In this document: positions 53,732 to 64,000 of the stretch, one piece after another
Layout of the letters: every line of letters starts with the position of its first letter
Position numbering within the stretch: position 1 is the stretch's first letter
Assembly: GCA_034520885.1 (NCBI GenBank)
Contig: JAXHNE010000003.1
Span: 22,073-86,072, forward strand
Length of the DNA stretch: 64,000 nt
Direction of reading: 5' to 3'
From: Candidatus Saccharimonadota bacterium
Lineage (GTDB): Bacteria; Patescibacteriota; Saccharimonadia; Saccharimonadales; JAXHNE01
Position numbers and translations under genes: made by a program
The notes under the pieces: model-generated
What the model was told of the DNA's origin: nothing
Databases searched by the model: none
What the model saw: only the letters and a program-made list of their open reading frames with translations

Positions 53732-56700
53732 ATGGATTTTACCCAAAGCTACCGAACGCTTAACGCCGAGCAGAAACGTGCGGTCGACCTCATTGACGGC
53801 CCGCTTCTGGTGTTAGCGGGGCCGGGGACCGGGAAAACGCAGCTACTCAGTACCCGGGTCGCCAACATTTTACGCCGAACCGACGCGGCGGCCAGCAATA
53901 TTTTATGCCTGACATTTACGGAATCCGGCGCGCAAACCATGCGGGAACGTTTACGCGGACTAATCGGTGATGACGCCTATAACGTCACTATCAGCACCTA
54001 CCACGGCTTCGGCAGTGACATCATTAAAAACTATGCCGAACACTTTCAACGAATCGGCCTGGAGCGTTCCGAGGACATTCGCCTGGAACGCCCGGTGGAC
54101 GAACTTACGCAAGTACGGATTATTGAAGATATCGTCGCCAAACTTCCGTTCGACAGCCCATTGATAAGCGCCCGTTACTACGTAAAAAGCGTGGTCAGCA
54201 CCATAAGCGATCTCAAACAACACCTTATCCGGCCGGATGACTTGCGCGATATCGCCAAAGAGAATTTACGCCACATCGAAACCGCGCAGCGGCTCATCGA
54301 CGACGTGGTTAACCAAGCGGGCGGCATCTCCAAGAAAAAAGCCCAAAAGTACGCCCAATACGAAAAACTACTAAACGGCCTACGCGATCTTGATGGCGAG
54401 CTAATCGACCGGGCCGCCACCGATCTGGAGGAAGCGCACCAAGAGGCCGACGAAGCGCAATCACCCACGCCCTTGCGCGAATGGAAAGACGCCTGGCTTT
54501 ACAAGGACGAAAACGATCGTTTCACCCTGACGGATCCGCAAAAAAGCCGGCGCATGACCGAGCTGGCCAAGGTGTACGAAGCGTACGAACGGGCGTTGCG
54601 CGAGCGGGCGGCCTACGATTTTGACGACATGATTTTACACGCCATACACGGGTTAAAAACCAACGACGAACTGCGTTTTAATTTACAAGAACGGTATCAA
54701 TACATTCTGTTGGACGAATTTCAAGACACTAATCCGTCGCAGTTCGAACTGGTCAAGCGCATTGCCGACCACCCGGTACACGAAGGCCGCCCGAACGTTA
54801 TGGCGGTAGGGGATGACGACCAAGCCATTTTCGCGTTCCAGGGCGCCAACGTCGGTAACATGAGGGATTTTTTACAAAGCTTTCAGGACGTAAAAGTAAT
54901 CAACTTGGTCGATAACTACCGCTCGCATCCCGATATTTTGCACGTGGCCGGTAACGTCGCCGGGCAAATTGAAGACCGTTTACACCAACGAATCCCGGAT
55001 ATCGATAAAACCTTGCGCGCCAGCAATCGGAATCTGCCCGATTCCGTGCAGGTGAACCGCCGCTCCTTTACCGCGGAAGCCAGTGAAAACGCCTGGGTCG
55101 CCGAACGAATTACGGACTTGATCCACGACCATGGAATAAAACCCAAGGAAATCGCCGTACTGGCTCCCAAACACAAAATCCTGGAAGGTTTGGTACCGTT
55201 CTTAAAAGACAAAGACATCCCCATTACGTACGAAAAACGCGAGAACATCCTGGAAACCGAAATCGTTCAAGGGCTGCGTTTATGCGCCCGGCTTTTGGAC
55301 GCGCTGTTTCATAAGGACCTTGCGCGAGCCAACGAATACTTCCCATTGGTGCTTAGCTTGCCGTACTGGCACATCCGCGCCCGTGATATCTGGAAGGTCA
55401 ACTGGCAGTTCGCCAAGCGCGCCGAAACGCGGGACTGGGCGGAAATCGCCCTGGAAACCCCGGAACTCGGGCACGCGGTAGAGTTTTACCTGTACTTGAG
55501 CGCCACCGCCGGTATCGAACCGCTGGAACTCACACTGGACAAACTCAGTGGTACCTTGCCGGTAAAAGTCGACGGCAAAGACGTTTATGCGCCGCTTAAG
55601 AGCCATTACTTCGACGAAAAAAACCGCGACAAGGATCCGCTAGCCTACTACGAAGCCATTTCCCACCTCAGTGTTATTCGCTCCCGTTTGCGTGACCACC
55701 AGGCGAACGCCGACGCGCCCTTAACGCTCCGGGATTTTTTGGATCTGTTCATTATGTACGAATCGGCCGAAACACCACTCATAAATTCGCATCCCATCGC
55801 TCAAAAGCCCGATTCCGTACAATTAATGACCGCGTACAAGGCCAAGGGGCTGGAATTTGAAAACGTCTTTTTATTGCAAGCGCACGATGACGTGTGGGGA
55901 AGCGCCAGCCGCGGAGGCAACAACAAACTGGCTTTGCCGCCGAACCTGGAACACATCCGCTACGTAAATTCCAGTGACGATGAACGGCGGCGGCTGTTGT
56001 TCGTGGCCATTACGCGCGCCAAACACAACTTATACATTACTTCTCACTCCACCAAGGACAGCGGCAAACGGACAGTACCGCTCAATTATTTGCCGGAAGC
56101 GGACGGCGAATCAACACTCTTGCCCGAAAAGTCCCGGCGGATTATCGTGCACGAAACCGACGCCAAGCATCTGGCCGCCGATACCGAAAAGCTATGGCAA
56201 GCCGGCCAGGTAAGCCTGCCGGCCGACTTCCGCAGCCTCCTGGCCGAGCGTCTCAAGAGTTATCAAATGAACCCCACGCATTTGAATACCTTCGTTGATT
56301 TGGAGCGTGGCGGGCCGGAAAGCTTTTTAGTGCAAACTCTTCTTCGGTTTCCGCAAGCGCCGAATGCCAGCGGCGAGTTCGGTACCGCCATACACAACAC
56401 GCTGGAGTGGTACCAAAACCGAATTAACGCGGGTGAAACCCCTACGACGGACGACGCGCTCGGTTATTACGACAAACAGCTGGACAGGCGCTACTTAACC
56501 GACATCGACCGCGAACAAGCCCGGGACAAAGGCCACGCCTGCCTGCGAAAATACCTTGCCGCCCGCAAAGACATGTTCACGAAACAAGCCAAAGCGGAAG
56601 TCAACTTTTATAGCGAAGGCGTGGTGCTGGGCGACGCCAAGCTCAGCGGTAAAATTGACCGGTTGGAGGTAGACCAAAAAAACAAAACCGTGAATATCGT

Positions 56701-57046
56701 GGATTATAAAACCGGCAAGCCGCTCACCAAGTGGGGGAGTGATATGAAATCCCTCAAGTACAAACAACAACTCTACTTTTACAAGCTACTCATAGAGGGA
56801 AGTTCCAGTTGGCGCGATTACAGCGTCAACGAAGCCCGGTTGGAATTCGTGGAAGCCGACAAAAACGGAGCGGGGAAAATCGTAGAACCTTTGTTGATTA
56901 CGTTTGACCGAAACGAACTCCTTGAGTTAAAAGACCTCATAAAAGAGGTGTGGAACAGAATTATGCGGCTTGACCTGCCCGACGTCGACACCTACGCCCA
57001 AACCGCCAAAGATTCCAAGAAATTCATTAAGGATTTGCTCGCCTAG
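53732..57046 (+). CDS. UvrD/PcrA-type helicase fused to C-terminal PD-(D/E)xK nuclease (AddA/RecB-like)
   Basis: AGPGTGKTQ, LLDEFQDTN, VGDDDQAIFAFQGA, YRS, MTAYKAKGLEFENVF, TRAK; C-terminal GKIDRL...IVDYKTGK. Confidence 0.85.
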   Translation: MDFTQSYRTLNAEQKRAVDLIDGPLLVLAGPGTGKTQLLSTRVANILRRTDAAASNILCLTFTESGAQTMRERLRGLIGDDAYNVTISTYHGFGSDIIKNYAEHFQRIGLERSEDIRLERPVDELTQVRIIEDIVAKLPFDSPLISARYYVKSVVSTISDLKQHLIRPDDLRDIAKENLRHIETAQRLIDDVVNQAGGISKKKAQKYAQYEKLLNGLRDLDGELIDRAATDLEEAHQEADEAQSPTPLREWKDAWLYKDENDRFTLTDPQKSRRMTELAKVYEAYERALRERAAYDFDDMILHAIHGLKTNDELRFNLQERYQYILLDEFQDTNPSQFELVKRIADHPVHEGRPNVMAVGDDDQAIFAFQGANVGNMRDFLQSFQDVKVINLVDNYRSHPDILHVAGNVAGQIEDRLHQRIPDIDKTLRASNRNLPDSVQVNRRSFTAEASENAWVAERITDLIHDHGIKPKEIAVLAPKHKILEGLVPFLKDKDIPITYEKRENILETEIVQGLRLCARLLDALFHKDLARANEYFPLVLSLPYWHIRARDIWKVNWQFAKRAETRDWAEIALETPELGHAVEFYLYLSATAGIEPLELTLDKLSGTLPVKVDGKDVYAPLKSHYFDEKNRDKDPLAYYEAISHLSVIRSRLRDHQANADAPLTLRDFLDLFIMYESAETPLINSHPIAQKPDSVQLMTAYKAKGLEFENVFLLQAHDDVWGSASRGGNNKLALPPNLEHIRYVNSSDDERRRLLFVAITRAKHNLYITSHSTKDSGKRTVPLNYLPEADGESTLLPEKSRRIIVHETDAKHLAADTEKLWQAGQVSLPADFRSLLAERLKSYQMNPTHLNTFVDLERGGPESFLVQTLLRFPQAPNASGEFGTAIHNTLEWYQNRINAGETPTTDDALGYYDKQLDRRYLTDIDREQARDKGHACLRKYLAARKDMFTKQAKAEVNFYSEGVVLGDAKLSGKIDRLEVDQKNKTVNIVDYKTGKPLTKWGSDMKSLKYKQQLYFYKLLIEGSSSWRDYSVNEARLEFVEADKNGAGKIVEPLLITFDRNELLELKDLIKEVWNRIMRLDLPDVDTYAQTAKDSKKFIKDLLA

Positions 57047-57088
57047 CCGGTTACCACCCGATACACGGCTTAACGGTTGGCTTGGGGG

Positions 57089-57112
57089 TGTTATATAACT
57101 AGTTATATAACA
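57089..57112. repeat. 24-bp palindrome, copy 5
   Basis: Between the convergent helicase and MIP channel genes. Confidence 0.9.
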
Positions 57113-57199
57113 AAACGAAAAACCCTTTCGCACTTAAAAAAGCGCCCGCTCTCGGCGGACGCTTTATTAAGTAATAGCGTTGAAGTGACGTAGGCGTTA

Positions 57200-57892
57200 T
57201 TACTTACGTTTTTTGGGTGATTTTTTGCTCGATTTTTTAACGGACTTTTTGGCTTGCTTGGCGCTACGGGCGTCCATGGCTTGCATCATCGGTACGACGT
57301 TCATACCAATGAAACCGCCGGCCAGTGGTCCGAGAACGAACGTCCAACTCCACGATTGAATACCGAGTGCCAGTGCGGGGTTAATGATACCGAACGCACC
57401 TTGTGGCATAGAAGCGATCAGCATGCCCACGGTAAGCGCGGCGAATCCGACCAAGTACAGCTTGCCGTCGTCCAATTTTTTACTGAAAAGCACTAAGGAG
57501 AGCAAGAAGGTAAACACGAATGCCCCGAGCAACTCCGCGGTGAAAATTGACCAATTGAACTTATCGCCGGCCAAACTACTGAGCGGTCGGTCAAGTATAA
57601 GTTCGCTTAAACGCCAAGCCACCAGCCCACCGAGCATTTGCACGCCGATAGTCACCAGCGTTCGTAAAGTGGAAAGTTTGCGTGCCATCCAAAGCCCTAA
57701 CGTCACGATAGGGTTTAGCTGCGCCACGTAGTTCGGGCGAGCCGCGGCGTTCACACCGGCGAAAAGCAGTCCCGCCGCAATGGCGCCGAAGACTTGGCCC
57801 GACCTTAACAGTGCCGCGTAAAGCACCATTGATGTTGCTGCCACACCCACGAACTCCAAGAGCAAGGGCATCGCCCGCTCTGATTTTTTCAT
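57200..57892 (-). CDS. MIP-family channel (aquaporin/glycerol facilitator-like)
   Basis: Two NPx motifs (NPIVTLG, NPALALG). Start at MKKSERA after a CAAAGGAGGG RBS; Lys-rich C-terminal tail. Confidence 0.75.
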   Translation of the reverse strand: MKKSERAMPLLLEFVGVAATSMVLYAALLRSGQVFGAIAAGLLFAGVNAAARPNYVAQLNPIVTLGLWMARKLSTLRTLVTIGVQMLGGLVAWRLSELILDRPLSSLAGDKFNWSIFTAELLGAFVFTFLLSLVLFSKKLDDGKLYLVGFAALTVGMLIASMPQGAFGIINPALALGIQSWSWTFVLGPLAGGFIGMNVVPMMQAMDARSAKQAKKSVKKSSKKSPKKRK

Positions 57893-57948
57893 AAACCCTC
57901 CTTTGTTATGCCTCCAGCATAGTAGTTTTTGCGGTCGTGTCAAATAGT

Positions 57949-58941
57949 TTACGCCGTAACCGCCGCCGGCTCCGCGGAAACACGATACACCGGCAGGTCG
58001 CCTTTGGTGAGTGTCGCGGCGGTCGCCAAGGTGTAAATAAGCATACTTTGCAAAGCTTTTTGTTCACCGGTTCGGTCGCTTGGGCACAGGCGCCGTGCCA
58101 AATTTTGCAAGCGCCAGATATCCACCGCGAACACTTGCAGGGAGTCATTGCTCAACTCCCGCACCTTGGATTGATTAACCGTGTAGCCGCTGACGTCGTT
58201 AAGAATGACCGCGACTTCACGGTGGCCGCCGGCCAGTTCCTTGACGACCTTTTGATTACCAATAATATCGTGCATCACCTTTTGTCCGGCGTAGGTTTGG
58301 GTGTTCGCTCGCCGCGACAGTTCCCGGTAGGAATCAAAAATGGATTCCACGCCATCCGTGGGCACTCCGAGCGCGCTAAGCGAATCGGTAATTTCACCTT
58401 GGAACGTAACGGCGTTTCGCACGATGGCCGGGGCGTTATCGATTGCGCCGCAGCCGGACTTTTCTTCACTGGCGTGGCCGTCGGTATGGCCGCCGAAATC
58501 AATTTCGTAAGCTTGCAAGCGGTCAATCCCGGCCAAAAACAAGGCTTCTACCGATGATGGAACCTCGCTTTCGTTAGCCAATAGCGACGCGCCGGCCATC
58601 ACCGGACCGCCGCCAAAAATTTTGGCACGGTGGAGTGAACGGGACTTGTGTTCCAGCTGGTCACCGTTTTTCACGAACGTTGTATTGACGCCGCGACCGT
58701 CCCCGCAGCCATCGTCGTCCAGTTGGATTTTCGGGTCTACCGCGTCAACTCGCACCAATACGTCGGGCGAGTGGATGAAATTCTCCAGTTTAATAAGTTG
58801 CAATTCCTGAACGTGCTCGCTGTCCTTCGCCGGCAAACCCAAGCGATCGTTGAGTGAAATTGATCCGGTGCCGTATCCCAAACCGTCCGGAGCAACAACC
58901 TCCACCTTTACGTCGCCGATTTCATTAATTTCATTCGCCAT
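57949..58941 (-). CDS. conserved hypothetical protein with CxDxR...H...CG motif set
   Basis: DDDGCGDGRG and GGHTDGHASEEKSGCGAID motifs. Start chosen at MANEINE after AAAGGA; the track ORF extends to 58965. Confidence 0.45.
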   Translation of the reverse strand: MANEINEIGDVKVEVVAPDGLGYGTGSISLNDRLGLPAKDSEHVQELQLIKLENFIHSPDVLVRVDAVDPKIQLDDDGCGDGRGVNTTFVKNGDQLEHKSRSLHRAKIFGGGPVMAGASLLANESEVPSSVEALFLAGIDRLQAYEIDFGGHTDGHASEEKSGCGAIDNAPAIVRNAVTFQGEITDSLSALGVPTDGVESIFDSYRELSRRANTQTYAGQKVMHDIIGNQKVVKELAGGHREVAVILNDVSGYTVNQSKVRELSNDSLQVFAVDIWRLQNLARRLCPSDRTGEQKALQSMLIYTLATAATLTKGDLPVYRVSAEPAAVTA

Positions 58942-59028
58942 AAAATATCCTTTTTCTATAATCATCTCGTTTTTTATTTAACAAATATAAAAGTATGCTA
59001 CGCCTTCGCGCGGCGGTTTACAAGGGGA

Positions 59029-59457
59029 TTAGCCGCGGCGTTTACGGTGTTTAAGTTCCGCTACCTTGAGTTGCGTGTGCGTTCGTTGTACCAGCGTGTG
59101 CGCTTTGTCCAGCGACAGCTGGTCTTTGGCGTTCTTACGTAGCTCCAGGGCTTCTTGGTGGGCTTTTTTGATTGATGCTTCGTCAATCTCGTCCTCGGTG
59201 TCCGCCGCGTCGACTAATACGCGCACCGTGTTATCTTCTACGTCGACCACGCCACCACTAGTAGCAATGAGTTCCTGCTGGGCGTCCGATTCGTTGGATT
59301 TATGTCGAATCTTAATAATACCGGTATCCGCCAGCGTTACCAACGGCATGTGATCCTTGAAAATTCCCACGTAGCCTTCGGTGGTGGGTAACTGAACCTC
59401 GTAGACTTCCTGCGAAAACTTTACGCCGTCCAGCGTAACCAACTCAAAGTGAATCAT
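59029..59457 (-). CDS. atpC: F0F1 ATP synthase subunit epsilon
   Basis: MIHFELVTLDGVKFSQEVYEVQLPTTEGYVGIFKDHMPLVT. Confidence 0.9.
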   Translation of the reverse strand: MIHFELVTLDGVKFSQEVYEVQLPTTEGYVGIFKDHMPLVTLADTGIIKIRHKSNESDAQQELIATSGGVVDVEDNTVRVLVDAADTEDEIDEASIKKAHQEALELRKNAKDQLSLDKAHTLVQRTHTQLKVAELKHRKRRG

Positions 59458-59714
59458 TGGTCGTATCCTCGGCCTTTCAGACTAAGAAGGCGATCAATCC
59501 CGGTGATTGCGGCATGCCCGGCTTTGCGCGCTATGGTCGAAAGGGTCGACTGATTACCGTACTGCCCACGTTCGGGACGCGGCATAATATCTAACGCGTG
59601 TGGATCCTCTCCCAATGGGTCAAGCCCACCTTCGTGGGGCACGCCCAATTCATCACTCACCTTGGCGCTCTCATCCAACTCAACTTTTTCCAGCGCTTCT
59701 TCGAACCGTGACAT
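59454..59714 (-). CDS. hypothetical small protein (86 aa) between atpD and atpC
   Basis: Start MSRFEEALEK with a TAATG overlap to the upstream mini-ORF; its stop overlaps the atpC ATG (ATGA). Confidence 0.4.
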   Translation of the reverse strand: MSRFEEALEKVELDESAKVSDELGVPHEGGLDPLGEDPHALDIMPRPERGQYGNQSTLSTIARKAGHAAITGIDRLLSLKGRGYDQ

Positions 59715-59883
59715 TACGTCGTCCCTTCCTGAGCCGGTAAGCATTCAACGAATGCCTTTAAACCTTCAAGGCCAAGTTCGCCTTTTAAATGCAGTACCTC
59801 GGAGACGACCTCCCACTCCGCATCGTGCGCCGCGGAGATGTCTTCTCTAAAACTTGAAGCGGATGGCTCTTCAAGAAACGGCA

Positions 59884-59884
<1 letters not shown>
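59714..59884 (-). CDS. hypothetical small protein (56 aa) between atpD and atpC
   Basis: Own translation gives MPFLEEPSASSFREDISAAHDAEWEVVSEVLHLKGELGLEGLKAFVECLPAQEGTT. TAATG overlap with the atpD stop. Below the ORF-track size cutoff. Confidence 0.35.
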
Positions 59885-61524
<1,640 letters not shown>

Positions 61525-61532
<8 letters not shown>

Positions 61533-62256
61533 CGGCTTCCTCCATAGTTTCGTCCAAATCTTCCGTTTTGGATGTACTAATCGCAGCCGCAAAGCGTGCG
61601 CCTTCGACAAACTCATCATAATAATTACCGACTAACTGCGCTGAAGCAAACCTGCCTCTCTTACGAATATGCTCCTCTTCTTTGGTGCGTACATAGTCCT
61701 CGGCCGCCTCGACAAACTCGAGCGCCCCAGGGGCGAGACACGCAAGGTCAACTTCTGGGAATGCTCGTGACAGAATACCTTTATTTTCAACGGCTGGCCC
61801 CGGTTCATCCGCACCCGAACTTTCCTCAGGCGCGGTTACTAACTCGCCGTGCAAGACATCTTCAGCATTTTGAGATTCAACGTATTCATTATGCTTTGCC
61901 TGCATCGCTTCCATTATTAACAGCTCTTGGCGCGTCGACAAACATTGCGGTTCAATACCGCCTTGATCCGCGCGGCCACAAATAATATTTACGAGCTCGT
62001 TCCTTTCAAGCTGGGAAAGTTCAGTAGTGTCAACCGGCGCGTCAAGTAAGCCCACGTAGTGATAGGCGCTCACCACAAGTTCAGCTTCTTGTTCGCTCAA
62101 TCCAAGATATCGAGGAGTCGAGTCATCATCCTCATAACCAAGAATACCTATCGCCTCCTTAAAAGGGGGGAGGGAGTCGGTTTCTGAGGTCGCTGGAGAA
62201 GGCGGCATGTATGGCAAATCCGGATCAACTGGAAAATGCATGCTTTCAATACCCAT
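61525..62256 (-). CDS. hypothetical acidic protein (243 aa)
   Basis: ORF of good length; no motif recognised. Confidence 0.45.
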
Positions 62257-62275
62257 TACGCGTCCTCCATGTCTT

Positions 62276-62461
62276 CTATGTCAGGAAAGATATCACCCCC
62301 AATAAGTCCTGCGGCATCCCCATTTTTAAGCGCGAGCATGTACGCACCAAGTTGCCGCGACGTTTGTTCTGGACGCCGCCGGATAAGTCGCTCGGAACAT
62401 TGGGTAGTGGAGTAGGTACCGTAATGGACGTTTTATCCGAACCAAAAACTTCGCCTCTCAT
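62276..62461 (-). CDS. hypothetical small protein (61 aa)
   Basis: ATGA overlap with the stop of the preceding ORF, in the same context as the atpG stop. Confidence 0.3.
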   Translation of the reverse strand: MRGEVFGSDKTSITVPTPLPNVPSDLSGGVQNKRRGNLVRTCSRLKMGMPQDLLGVISFLT

Positions 62462-62489
62462 TTCATGGCCTCCACTGCACCTGTTAGCT
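62457..62489 (-). repeat. atpG 3'-end repeat, orphan copy
   Basis: CTCATTTCATGGCCTCC (plus strand) is identical over 17 nt to 62885-62901, followed by about 16 nt of partial identity. Confidence 0.8.
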
Positions 62490-62889
62490 CCACGTAACGG
62501 TGAACTTTTCTTGCGCTTGCTAAAACATCCCCAAAAACACGAATTGCTTGTACTCTTGTTATTGCTGCCTCGTCAGGGAACTCAACATCAACCATATCTT
62601 TAAGTAGATTACCCGTAAATAATTCTACTGCTGTTTCTTTGTACTCGGTGTCCGCTGTCGTATCAAGGACGCCGACAGCACCCTGAAACGCAGCACAGAG
62701 TATTTGCTCAGGATCGATTTCTATGTCATAGACACCTTGTGTTTCAAGTCGTTCATCACACGTTGCAGCAAAAAACTCCCGTGCTATTCCATCCATTTGC
62801 TCCACTAATGTATCCGTAAAGTACGTCTGCGGCATCAACCTTTCATATGTATGCCTTAATTGAAACAACGTTGTGTCCCCGTCACTCAT
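62458..62889 (-). CDS. hypothetical protein (143 aa) ending in an AtpG-like C-terminal peptide
   Basis: C-terminus ELTGAVEAMK, compared with AtpG EITGGAEAMK; ATGA overlap with the atpG stop. Confidence 0.45.
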   Translation of the reverse strand: MSDGDTTLFQLRHTYERLMPQTYFTDTLVEQMDGIAREFFAATCDERLETQGVYDIEIDPEQILCAAFQGAVGVLDTTADTEYKETAVELFTGNLLKDMVDVEFPDEAAITRVQAIRVFGDVLASARKVHRYVELTGAVEAMK

Positions 62890-62917
62890 TTCATGGCCTC
62901 CGCTCCGCCGGTTATTT
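62885..62917 (-). repeat. atpG 3'-end repeat, functional copy
   Basis: See the orphan copy at 62457-62489. Confidence 0.8.
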
Positions 62918-63752
62918 CGGCCAGTTCTTGGGTGATCGCCGCTTGCCGGGCGGTGTTGAATTCCAGCGTTAAATCATCCACCAAATCGTTAGCGTTATCC
63001 GTGGCGTTCTTCATGGCGTTGCGGCGCATGGATTGCTCGCTGGCCTGCGCTTCGTAAAACGCTTGGCTCAAAAGCAGTTCGATAAATCGTTCGGTGACCG
63101 CGTCCAGGACTTTGTCCGGGCTCGGTTCAAAAATGGCTTTTTCTTCCTGGTCTTCTTTTGTGGTGGGTTCGAACACCGCGGGGAGCAAGCGAAGCGTTTC
63201 GACTTCCTGCAGTAAGCTGGTTTTAAAATCGGTATAGGTTACGTCCACGGCGTCGGCTCGTTCTTCTTTGAAGGCCGCCAGTAACTCCTTAAGAATCGGG
63301 CGAATGTCCGCGGCTGTGGGCTTTTCGGGGAAGCCGTCGTAAGCCGCTATTACCTCAACGCCGTCCAGCTTGGCCACGAAACGCTGGCCTTGTTTGCCAA
63401 TAACAATGACTTGGCTTTTGCGTCCTAAGTCGCGATCTTCCACCAACTCTTTGGTGAAGGCTTTGAACAGGTTACTGTTGAGCGCTCCGGCCAGGCCGCG
63501 ATCCGAGCTGATCAAAATGTGCAGGCGAGTGTTAATGGCGCGTTGCTTGTACAGCGGGTGCTGCGTGACGTCGGTTAGCTCGCTCAAACGATTTAACAAA
63601 TCAATAGCCATATTACGGAACGCGCGGGAACGCGCGGCATGTTCTTGCGCCCGGCGCATTTTGCTAGCGGACACCAGCTCCATGGCCTTCGTTATCTGTT
63701 TGGTGTTTTTGACTGACGTGATTCGCCTTTTTAGAGCCGTTGTATTAGCCAT
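62886..63752 (-). CDS. atpG: F0F1 ATP synthase subunit gamma
   Basis: MANTTALKRRITSVKNTKQITKAMELVSASKMRRAQ...ITQELAEITGGAEAMK. Confidence 0.95.
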   Translation of the reverse strand: MANTTALKRRITSVKNTKQITKAMELVSASKMRRAQEHAARSRAFRNMAIDLLNRLSELTDVTQHPLYKQRAINTRLHILISSDRGLAGALNSNLFKAFTKELVEDRDLGRKSQVIVIGKQGQRFVAKLDGVEVIAAYDGFPEKPTAADIRPILKELLAAFKEERADAVDVTYTDFKTSLLQEVETLRLLPAVFEPTTKEDQEEKAIFEPSPDKVLDAVTERFIELLLSQAFYEAQASEQSMRRNAMKNATDNANDLVDDLTLEFNTARQAAITQELAEITGGAEAMK

Positions 63753-63766
63753 TTTGGCCTCCGGCC

Positions 63767-63808
63767 ATAGGTGATAGATGATAGTTGATAGGTGATAGGT
63801 GATAAGTT
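63767..63808. repeat. six tandem heptamers ATAGNTG (plus strand), equal to CANCTAT on the atpG sense strand
   Basis: ataggtg atagatg atagttg ataggtg ataggtg ataagtt, directly upstream of the atpG RBS. Confidence 0.85.
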
Positions 63809-64000
63809 ATTCATTGGAAACCATTTTGCCTTGACTTACAGATTCCACTGCGAAATCAAATCTACTGGGCAATAAGCCATCACGATGTAAAGCTGCACCA
63901 ACAATTATGCCGATTTGTAGAATTTGATCACGCTTTAACCCATGAGGTAAAAGGCCATTCACTGCTAAAAAATTCTCAGCATCTGAATCGATCGAGCCTG
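63807..64000 (-). CDS. hypothetical protein, N-terminus outside window (not AtpA-like)
   Basis: Own translation gives ...GSIDSDAENFLAVNGLLPHGLKRDQILQIGIIVGAALHRDGLLPSRFDFAVESVSQGKMVSNE-stop; AT-rich by eye. Confidence 0.4.
   Translation of the reverse strand, partial: GSIDSDAENFLAVNGLLPHGLKRDQILQIGIIVGAALHRDGLLPSRFDFAVESVSQGKMVSNE

Noticed and set aside
10307-57112. A CRISPR array, considered because of recurring identical palindromic 24-mers.
   Set aside because: The copies are kilobases apart and not regularly spaced, and no cas genes are present. They are a dispersed repeat, not a CRISPR array.

Overview
All calls were made by eye from the sequence and the ORF track, with no searches run, so hand-derived RNA and repeat coordinates may be off by a few nt. 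The window looks like a small-genome bacterium, possibly CPR/Patescibacteria (Saccharibacteria-like); that placement is inferred from gene content and cannot be verified here.

Conserved backbone: tRNA-Trp, secE-nusG-rplK-rplA, rplJ-rplL, dnaX, dnaB, ybaB-recR-DHH phosphoesterase-cysS, envelope glycosyltransferases and a VanY-like peptidase, transporters (AI-2E, EamA, ZIP, MgtE-like, MIP), a UvrD/nuclease helicase, and atpG-atpD-atpC.

Four observations stand out:
1. A tRNA-Gln-associated accessory island runs from about 33.5 kb to 42-45.5 kb. It starts with a large serine recombinase flanked by perfect 92-bp inverted repeats. Next to it, perfect 180-bp inverted repeats enclose an AT-rich three-gene operon: an XRE HTH, a wHTH-HNH nuclease, and an 878-aa Rad50/RloC-like ABC ATPase with a CxxC hook. 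This is my best candidate for an undescribed defence or abortive-infection system. The island also holds GIY-YIG elements in intact, decayed and ORF-less states beside tRNA-Gln-like remnants, a SAM-I riboswitch-metA unit, and a heliorhodopsin gene.
2. Highly conserved operons are invaded by small orphan ORFs chained by stop-start overlaps. The insertions are delimited by duplicated 3' ends of the host gene: nusG three times, atpG twice, and the tmk-thyX fusion twice.
3. A 24-bp perfect palindrome, TGTTATATAACTAGTTATATAACA, occurs five times at gene ends.
4. Many intergenic regions consist of degenerate 7-nt periodic arrays.

No rRNA genes and no CRISPR array were seen.
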